Virus record (IMG/VR): IMGVR_UViG_3300020414_000001
Span: 1-60,906 of that record
DNA: 60,906 nucleotides
Reading direction: 5' to 3' (one strand)
Source: a virus
Taxonomy: Duplodnaviria > Caudoviricetes
The notes beneath the pieces are model-generated. The model saw nothing but the letters and a program-made list of their open reading frames with translations. It was not told the origin of the DNA and searched no databases. The position numbers and the translations under genes are program-made. Below are positions 18,346-25,089 of this stretch, in pieces (position 1 is the first letter of the stretch; each line of letters starts with the position of its first letter).

Positions 18346-19476
18346 TCAGACATTGATAAATGTAATCTCTCCTATAGGTGGCTTTTTTGCTCTTAGATTA
18401 GTTGATACCCAGAGCAAAGGGTAATCGACATGGCTAGGAAAATTATGAAACTCCATGTCAGTTATACAAACCATACTATCTACATTTACATTATTATCTT
18501 CAATGTATTTAAAGATAGGCATAGGGTCTGTACCACCACCACCCTTAGAATTTAAACATTCTATGATATCGCCTCTTTCGTATCTTTCGATATTCTGAAC
18601 ATTGGCATCTCCATAAAATATTGTAACTGAGTTAGGTTGCATATCCTCAGCTATAGCGTTTAACTCTCCCAGAGCGTGTTGCTTTTCTTTGTCTGATACA
18701 CTTCCAGAGGTATCAACCCAAACTGCAACATCTCCACAAGAAATTTTTAATGTGCTTGGATTGTATATATCCATGCAATGTAACGCTCTTCTATTAGGTC
18801 TGCGATAGGTGTAATCTTCTGGCTGATCTCCACCTACAACCCTCCTAATAACTGAAGACCAATCAACTTGCGATCTCTCCATTTCTGTTATGATTTGCTT
18901 GATATCGCTAGGCAACTGACCAACATTTTTAGATTGCTGAACTGCCATAGTAACTTCTGCTCTAATCATATTCTCTTCAGCTTTGATCTGTTCTTTTGTC
19001 ATCTGTTTACCACCAGACATGACTTGACCCCAATTACAAGGCTGAGGCTTAGATTTACCAGATTGATTTAATATCTCGTAAATCTTTTCAGCACTCATAC
19101 CCTCGTATTCTCTACTATACAATCCATCTTTAGGCATTGTCATACCAGATTTTTTGAGGATAGAATTAATAGCGTAATCAGTTGCAATATTCCAGAGTTC
19201 GCTATCTCTATCATTCATTCTAAGATGATGTCTTAAAACTCTGTGCATACCCTCATGGCATCTAACAAAATCCATTTCTTCATCTGTTAAAGTATTACTC
19301 CATTCTGGATTATAAAAAATACTTTTACCATCAGTAGCCATTGTCTGAACATCATCTTTAGAGATCATAGGCATCTTAAAAAGGATTGAGGCATAAAATC
19401 CCCAACCCTTTTTCTGCTTATCTACCATAAGTCTAACATTAGACCTCGATATTTTGGTTTTGATATCTCGTTCCAT
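18346..19476 (-). CDS. HExxH metallopeptidase-like + VWA protein (DUF2201 type)
   Basis: TMATDG, HEGMH, WNIATDYAIN; VWA motifs DTSGSV, GGGGTD, ITD. Confidence 0.9.
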   Translation of the reverse strand: MERDIKTKISRSNVRLMVDKQKKGWGFYASILFKMPMISKDDVQTMATDGKSIFYNPEWSNTLTDEEMDFVRCHEGMHRVLRHHLRMNDRDSELWNIATDYAINSILKKSGMTMPKDGLYSREYEGMSAEKIYEILNQSGKSKPQPCNWGQVMSGGKQMTKEQIKAEENMIRAEVTMAVQQSKNVGQLPSDIKQIITEMERSQVDWSSVIRRVVGGDQPEDYTYRRPNRRALHCMDIYNPSTLKISCGDVAVWVDTSGSVSDKEKQHALGELNAIAEDMQPNSVTIFYGDANVQNIERYERGDIIECLNSKGGGGTDPMPIFKYIEDNNVNVDSMVCITDMEFHNFPSHVDYPLLWVSTNLRAKKPPIGEITFINV

Positions 19477-19484
19477 TTTCTCTC

Positions 19485-20531
19485 CTATAAAACGATTTCT
19501 CTAATTTTCTCATCAGTAGACAAGTAAACTCTAAGGTCTTTATTCTGTAATAAATCCCTATTCTTGGCTACACTATCTTTAATAAAGAACGCTACAAATT
19601 CTCCATCAAATCTTTTTACAAACTTGATAATAGAACCCATGTTGTCGTTATTAACTTTATTAACCAGACCAGATATAGTTGCATATTGAATAGCTATATC
19701 TGTAGGCACTTCGATTGTCTCTGGTGCTTTTACAATCTCATCTAAGTCTGGACATTTATCGTGGATATTTAAATGTGTAATCAGACTAGCTGAGGCAGTT
19801 TCTCCAATCTGGCAAGATATAGCGTGATATCTAGTATCATCATCTAATTCTTTCCATGATAGTATATCACTAACTCTCTCAAGACTTCTAGGAGTTGGAA
19901 AAGCGTTAGCATCTCTGTCAAACTTATGGAGATACTCTGGCTGAAATCTAACCCAAGAGACAACCCTACTATCTTTATTTTTGCTAAACATATAATTAGC
20001 AAAGTCATCTAGGTTAGGCTCAATCTCGATAGTTGTAAGTCTATCTTTTAAATGCATAGGCATTTGGTTAGTCCCAGACCTATCAGACATTTTGTTACCA
20101 GCACAACAAACAAAAGAGGTTAAAGGTAATACAAAATCTCCAACTCTGTATTCGTTACAAATCTGAGCGAAAATATTTTGATTTAATATTGGTGCTTGGG
20201 GTAGTTCATCAAAGAAATAAATTACACCTTTGTAACCTTGATCTAAAATAGATTGATGATCTTCTTCAGATAATAACCATTTAGGTTTCAGCACTTTCAT
20301 ACTGTCTCCATCTGGCATCTGCATACCACCTATATCAGTTGGCTCATATTGTGCCAAATTAACTTCTACAACAAACATATTTAAATCTTTTGCGACCTCT
20401 CTAACAAGGTAAGATTTACCAATACCCATGCTACCCAATAAAAAAGGGCAAATAGGCATTTGTCCATTAGGTCTACCCATTGTATTTTCGATAGACTTCA
20501 TAATTATTTTTTTAGCTATTCTTAATCTCAC
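19485..20531 (-). CDS. MoxR-type AAA+ ATPase
   Basis: Walker A GSMGIGKS, Walker B FFDEL, AGN, DR, TPRS. Confidence 0.9.
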   Translation of the reverse strand: MRLRIAKKIIMKSIENTMGRPNGQMPICPFLLGSMGIGKSYLVREVAKDLNMFVVEVNLAQYEPTDIGGMQMPDGDSMKVLKPKWLLSEEDHQSILDQGYKGVIYFFDELPQAPILNQNIFAQICNEYRVGDFVLPLTSFVCCAGNKMSDRSGTNQMPMHLKDRLTTIEIEPNLDDFANYMFSKNKDSRVVSWVRFQPEYLHKFDRDANAFPTPRSLERVSDILSWKELDDDTRYHAISCQIGETASASLITHLNIHDKCPDLDEIVKAPETIEVPTDIAIQYATISGLVNKVNNDNMGSIIKFVKRFDGEFVAFFIKDSVAKNRDLLQNKDLRVYLSTDEKIREIVL

Positions 20532-20541
20532 TACTATTCTC

Positions 20542-20781
20542 CTATTGGTTGTTAATGTGAAAAGTTGTATTTGCTACATTTAGAACAATGTTACCTACAT
20601 CTAATCTAAATCTGCGATACTGTTTTTTACGATAATCAAAGACAGTTACAAGGTAGTCTTTGTCTCTGTCTTCATGCTTTAGAACACCCCAAAATTCTCT
20701 GGTTGTGTTATCTAATTTTGTAAACTTACCAGATACTATTTTGCCTCTGGCGAAGTCTATTATTTGTTTATGTTTATTCAT
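20542..20781 (-). CDS. Small SH3/Sm-like (WYL_2/DUF2693-like) protein
   Basis: FTKLD.T.R...VFDY.K..YR.F pattern. Confidence 0.55.
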   Translation of the reverse strand: MNKHKQIIDFARGKIVSGKFTKLDNTTREFWGVLKHEDRDKDYLVTVFDYRKKQYRRFRLDVGNIVLNVANTTFHINNQ

Positions 20782-20818
20782 ACATTCTCCTTTTTTTATA
20801 GTTTCAAATAAACAAGCA

Positions 20819-20839
20819 AGGGCAGTTTAGAACTGCCCT
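20819..20839 (-). terminator. Intergenic hairpin (weak terminator or processing site)
   Basis: AGGGCAGTT-N3-AACTGCCCT. Confidence 0.5.
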
Positions 20840-20854
20840 AATTTGTGCATTTGA

Positions 20855-21547
20855 TTAACTAGCCAATGCCTCGTCTAGTCTGTTGATTATGTCGTTGCTA
20901 TTCTTAGCGTTCTTAGTTGCATCAGAGCAAGACTTATCAAACTCGTCTCTTTCTCTTTTTGCATCTTGTAAAACTTCCCAAGCGTTTTGTATTTCTTGAG
21001 CAGTATATTTACTAGGAACATACACTTCTTTTTCTTCAACAGTTCCATCATCTTTCTTGACTTTTTCTGTTTTCCATTTGCCAAATAACTTTCTGGCTAA
21101 AGTGTCTCCAATATTGTCATCAACTTGCTTAGATACCTTTTTCTTTAGATCGTTTTGTGTGTTGATATCCATTGATGAAAAGACTTCTAAAACGCTCTCT
21201 GGTGTAGCTTGGCTTGGTATTTCCTTATCAAACTTAGCTACAAATTTCACAGTATTTTCATAAAGCATTTTAGAATTTGCTTTACTCATACCTACATCAT
21301 TCATTAAGTCTTCACGAATTTGAATACCAACTTGTCTAGGCAAGTTATCGCTATCAGTTTTGTTATCATTAAAAATAACTTTGACATGACTTATAAGCGT
21401 AGCGTATTGGTCTAGCTTTTTCTCTTGGATAGAGTTGTAGGCATCTGCTCTTTCGCCTTTTAACTTTTGAAACTCGCTTTCAGTTTTAGCAAGTCTGTCA
21501 ATGTTTGTCTGGGACATTGCAACCACAGTAGTTTTTTTCTTACTCAT
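20855..21547 (-). CDS. Hypothetical early protein
   Basis: 230-aa helical ORF with AGGAG RBS. Confidence 0.8.
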   Translation of the reverse strand: MSKKKTTVVAMSQTNIDRLAKTESEFQKLKGERADAYNSIQEKKLDQYATLISHVKVIFNDNKTDSDNLPRQVGIQIREDLMNDVGMSKANSKMLYENTVKFVAKFDKEIPSQATPESVLEVFSSMDINTQNDLKKKVSKQVDDNIGDTLARKLFGKWKTEKVKKDDGTVEEKEVYVPSKYTAQEIQNAWEVLQDAKRERDEFDKSCSDATKNAKNSNDIINRLDEALAS

Positions 21548-21555
21548 AATATCTC

Positions 21556-21753
21556 CTATTCAAAGTCTGGTAAGTTAACGTCATTTATTAATTCAATATT
21601 AAAACCCATCTCTTTTTTTATGATGGATAATTTTTCTGGTGTTAGAGTTTTAGTTTCGCATAGCTTGGCTAAACTCTTAGACATTTCACAACTAGGGTAA
21701 AAATGATTTTTGCCATAGTGTGATTTGATTGTAACTTTTATTAAGTTATTCAT
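21556..21753 (-). CDS. Hypothetical protein (first gene of the early operon)
   Basis: YG...FYP.C...LAKL...KTLT motif; AGGAG RBS. Confidence 0.75.
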   Translation of the reverse strand: MNNLIKVTIKSHYGKNHFYPSCEMSKSLAKLCETKTLTPEKLSIIKKEMGFNIELINDVNLPDFE

Positions 21754-21759
21754 AGCATC

Positions 21760-22081
21760 TCCTAAGTTTTGTTATTGCTCATCAACTGAACAAGACTAGA
21801 CAGAATTAATATCTGTCTAACTTTGTTAAGTTGTTGGTAGTTTGATAAACCCAAATTCCATCAGTTGAAGAGGCTCGTTTTTTCTCTAAATCCCTTTGGC
21901 AGTTTATCGTTATGGCTAGGTTACTTTCGTTTCTAGTGGCAAGAGACTATTAGCTTATTGGGTATCGTCTAGTCTGATTTCTCAGTTAAAGGGTTTCGCC
22001 TAAACATCTTTGAGTTCCCATCTCTTACTTTGGGTTGCCAACCCTTTTTGATTATGGCTAGTATCTCCTATAAAAAGCCTT
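21760..22081 (-). ncRNA. Candidate large structured leader RNA
   Basis: ORF-free stretch between promoter and first gene, with many stems, GAAA tetraloops, a GACUA/UAGUC helix and direct repeats CUAGCCAUAA. Confidence 0.55.
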
Positions 22082-22087
22082 AACCAA

Positions 22088-22116
22088 TCAGTACACTAAT
22101 AATTAATATAGGTCAA
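22088..22116 (-). promoter_or_regulatory. Putative early promoter
   Basis: TTGACC-N17-TACTGA, preceded by an AT-rich stretch. Confidence 0.5.
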
Positions 22117-22344
22117 CAATAAAAATACAATATGAGACAAATAGTTACATTTATTTACACTATGATACTAAAACCCTTAGTGGAGTTAAAAAACGCTGAA
22201 ACACTTTTTTAGGATAAATTATAGCTAAAAGGTCTTAATCCTCTGTATGGTCGTTATTTGGCGTTTAAATGGTATATCATGTAAATTCAGCACTTTTATT
22301 AATTTAAAATTTTATTGGCGTGGAAATTTATGGTAAGTTTGTAG

Positions 22345-22360
22345 AAGTTAAAATTAACTT
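22345..22360 (+). promoter_or_regulatory. Palindromic motif, copy 6
   Basis: AAGTTAAAATTAACTT directly before the terS RBS. Confidence 0.7.
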
Positions 22361-22372
22361 TTAGGATTAAAT

Positions 22373-22858
22373 ATGTCAGATAAAAAAAATAAACCAGACT
22401 TAAAAATAGTCAGCTCGAATAAAAAACCAGATGAAAATAAACTTACGAAAAAACAACTTGGATTTATAGAAAGTATACTAAATGGAAAATCTTTAGTTGA
22501 AAGTTATTTAGAGCATTACCAAGTCTCGCCTAAGACTAAGAATAGCACAATAAGACATATGGCAAGTCAATTAAGAGCTAACCCAAACATTACCCAAACT
22601 CTTAATAAGAGAATAGAGGAAAAGAAGAGGAATAACTTAGCGACAGAACATAAAATAAAAGATCACTTATTAAATTCATTGTTGGGGTTTATTAATGATG
22701 ATGCTGAAAGTACTGCTAATAAGTTAAAAGCTATAGAGATGTATGGTCGTAATCTGGATTTATGGAAACAGAATATTGTTATTGAGGAAAAGAATAACAG
22801 TTCTACAGAAGTTGAAACAAGACTTAGGGAAAAACTAGGTAAACTTCTGGAAAAGTAG
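22373..22858 (+). CDS. terS: Terminase small subunit
   Basis: LTKKQ..F HTH start, AS.L..NP.I, KLKAIEM.G..L; upstream of terL. Confidence 0.8.
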   Translation: MSDKKNKPDLKIVSSNKKPDENKLTKKQLGFIESILNGKSLVESYLEHYQVSPKTKNSTIRHMASQLRANPNITQTLNKRIEEKKRNNLATEHKIKDHLLNSLLGFINDDAESTANKLKAIEMYGRNLDLWKQNIVIEEKNNSSTEVETRLREKLGKLLEK

Positions 22859-22981
22859 TACGCCTATTTACGAAATTTACAGTATTATTGACCCTACCTA
22901 CCCACTACCACCCATATAGTCGGTAGCCTAGCCATGCCCTATACAGTTTATTTTACACATTCAAATTATAATTTTTGATAA

Positions 22982-22997
22982 AAGTGAAGTTTAACTT
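22982..22997 (+). promoter_or_regulatory. Palindromic motif, copy 7 (one mismatch)
   Basis: AAGTGAAGTTTAACTT next to CTAG array 2. Confidence 0.5.
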
Positions 22998-23000
22998 CTG

Positions 23001-23136
23001 GTACTAGACTTAGTCTAGTATTCTACTAGTCTAGTACTCTACTAGTCTAGTATTATTTATTTACTGGATTTAATCTAGTATTAGACTTAGTCTAGTTACT
23101 AGTATATACTAGTCTAGACTAGTACTAGTATTATAC
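23001..23136. repeat. CTAG-rich palindrome array 2
   Basis: 13 CTAG; repeated TACTAGTCTAGTA and TAGACTTAGTCTAG units between terS and terL. Confidence 0.8.
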
Positions 23137-23150
23137 AAACAGGAGAAAAC

Positions 23151-23357
23151 TTGTCAAACATTATTTATCTAAGTGATTATAGAAAGAAAACCATAGAAGA
23201 AGAACCAGAACTTCGTAATCCAATTGTGATAGGTTGGGATGAAGATGATTCTTTGTACATTGCCTCATCTGTTGACACAGATGAATGTTTGTGGATGATA
23301 GACATAGCTAAAAAGATTATGGAAACAAGTCCACCAGATATAATTACAAATGAATGA
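23151..23357 (+). CDS. Hypothetical protein
   Basis: AGGAG RBS; IVIGWDED..LY.ASS motif. Confidence 0.75.
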   Translation: MSNIIYLSDYRKKTIEEEPELRNPIVIGWDEDDSLYIASSVDTDECLWMIDIAKKIMETSPPDIITNE

Positions 23358-24870
23358 GATTGCTCAAATAATAAAAAACAACATGGGGAAGATAGATAAT
23401 CTACCTCATGATGAAAAACTAGAAGTGCTACAGCTTTTAGAAGAATATGAAAAAGCAAAATCAAAAGAACAAGCTCGTGATGAGTTCCTTCCCTTTGTAA
23501 AATCTCAATGGGCAGCTTTTATACATGGCAGGCATCATGAGATAATGGCAGAGGCATTTGAGAGAGTGGCCCGGGGTGATTTAAAAAGATTAATAATCAA
23601 TATGCCACCCCGTCATACTAAGTCAGAGTTTGCAAGTTATTTATTCCCAGCATGGTTTTTAGGGAGGTACCCCCAAAAGAAAATTATTCAGACTGCACAC
23701 ACAGCTGAGTTATCTGTAGGATTTGGAAGAAAGGTTAGGAATCTTATTCAGTCTGAAGATTTTAAAAATATTTTCCCAGACGTAACTTTGTCAGCGGATT
23801 CAAAGGCGGCGGGTAGATGGTCCACAAACAAAGGCGGTGAGTATTTTGCGATAGGTGTAGGGGGTGCGGTAACAGGTAAAGGTGCTGATGTTCTTGTAAT
23901 TGATGATCCTCACTCAGAACAAGAGGCTACGATAGGTGATTATAACCCAGAGGTGTATGACAAAGTGTATGAATGGTACACTTCAGGACCAAGACAGAGA
24001 CTACAGCCCGGTGGAGCTATCATTTTGGTGATGACCAGATGGTCAAAAAGAGATTTAACAGGGCAAATACTAAAAAATTATACCCAAAGAGAGGGCTCAG
24101 GGGAGTGGGAGGTCATAGAACTGCCTGCGATCATGCCTTCTGGTGATGCTTTGTGGCCAGAGTTTTGGAAAAAAGAAGAATTAGACTCACTAAAAGCCGA
24201 ATTACCTGTCTCTAAGTGGAACGCGCAGTACCAACAAGACCCCACATCAGAGGAAGGGGCGCTAATTAAACGTGAATGGTGGCAAGAATGGACAAAAAAT
24301 GACTTACCGCCTTGTGATTCCATCATACAATCATGGGATACGGCATTTTTAAAGACACAAAGAGCTGATTATAGCGCTTGTACCACGTGGGGAGTGTTTC
24401 ATGCGCCTGATGATGAAGGAAGGACACGCCCTAACCTCATTTTAATTGATGCATACAAAGAAAAACTAGAATTTCCTGATTTAAAACGAGCAGCATACGA
24501 TAAATACTGGGAATTTGAGCCAGATCAGATGATTATTGAGGCTAAGGCGGCAGGTTCACCCTTAATTTTTGAATTACGAGCAATGGGAATACCAGTTACT
24601 GAGTTTACACCGAGCCGTGGACAGGATAAGATAGCAAGAGTTAATGCAGTTACGGATTTATTTGCCAGTGGAGTTATCTGGCACCCACCAACAAGGTGGG
24701 CAGATGAGGTTATAGAGGAATGTGCGGCTTTTCCTAGTGGAGACCATGATGACTTTGTTGACTCAACCACGCAGGCGCTGTTAAGATTTAGGCAAGGTGG
24801 TTGGATCAGAACAACAATGGATGAATGGGATGACGAGCCAAAGTACAGAAGACCAGTGGAGTATTATTAA
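23350..24870 (+). CDS. terL: Terminase large subunit
   Basis: PPRHTKS, TGKGAD..IDDP, YQQDP, SWDTA, HDDFVDSTTQAL. Confidence 0.97.
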   Translation: MNEIAQIIKNNMGKIDNLPHDEKLEVLQLLEEYEKAKSKEQARDEFLPFVKSQWAAFIHGRHHEIMAEAFERVARGDLKRLIINMPPRHTKSEFASYLFPAWFLGRYPQKKIIQTAHTAELSVGFGRKVRNLIQSEDFKNIFPDVTLSADSKAAGRWSTNKGGEYFAIGVGGAVTGKGADVLVIDDPHSEQEATIGDYNPEVYDKVYEWYTSGPRQRLQPGGAIILVMTRWSKRDLTGQILKNYTQREGSGEWEVIELPAIMPSGDALWPEFWKKEELDSLKAELPVSKWNAQYQQDPTSEEGALIKREWWQEWTKNDLPPCDSIIQSWDTAFLKTQRADYSACTTWGVFHAPDDEGRTRPNLILIDAYKEKLEFPDLKRAAYDKYWEFEPDQMIIEAKAAGSPLIFELRAMGIPVTEFTPSRGQDKIARVNAVTDLFASGVIWHPPTRWADEVIEECAAFPSGDHDDFVDSTTQALLRFRQGGWIRTTMDEWDDEPKYRRPVEYY

Positions 24871-25076
24871 TGGATTTGGTTCACATAATAGATGGATTGA
24901 TAGGAATAATTGTTCTTGGTGGAGGATGGTTCATTGGAACTCAGTCAAGAGAAGTGAAAAGAATAGATATATTGCTTAATAAAACAAGAGAAGACTACGC
25001 AAAGAGAGATGACGTGACTGTAGCGATAAATAGATTAGAAGAAAAGATAGACAGAATACTTGAAAGAATTAAATGA
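24870..25076 (+). CDS. Small membrane-anchored coiled-coil protein
   Basis: N-terminal TM, then RLEEKIDR. Confidence 0.75.
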   Translation: MDLVHIIDGLIGIIVLGGGWFIGTQSREVKRIDILLNKTREDYAKRDDVTVAINRLEEKIDRILERIK

Positions 25077-25089
25077 AAAGGAGTAGCTA

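Noticed and set aside
21765-21790. Hammerhead ribozyme (UUGAUGAG...AAAAC on the minus strand)
   Set aside because: Core is UUGAUGA rather than CUGAUGA, with no stem II or GAAA.
21910-22061. Canonical group I intron
   Set aside because: No interrupted gene, no local P8 and no P4-P6 domain in canonical order; kept only as a group-I-like candidate.
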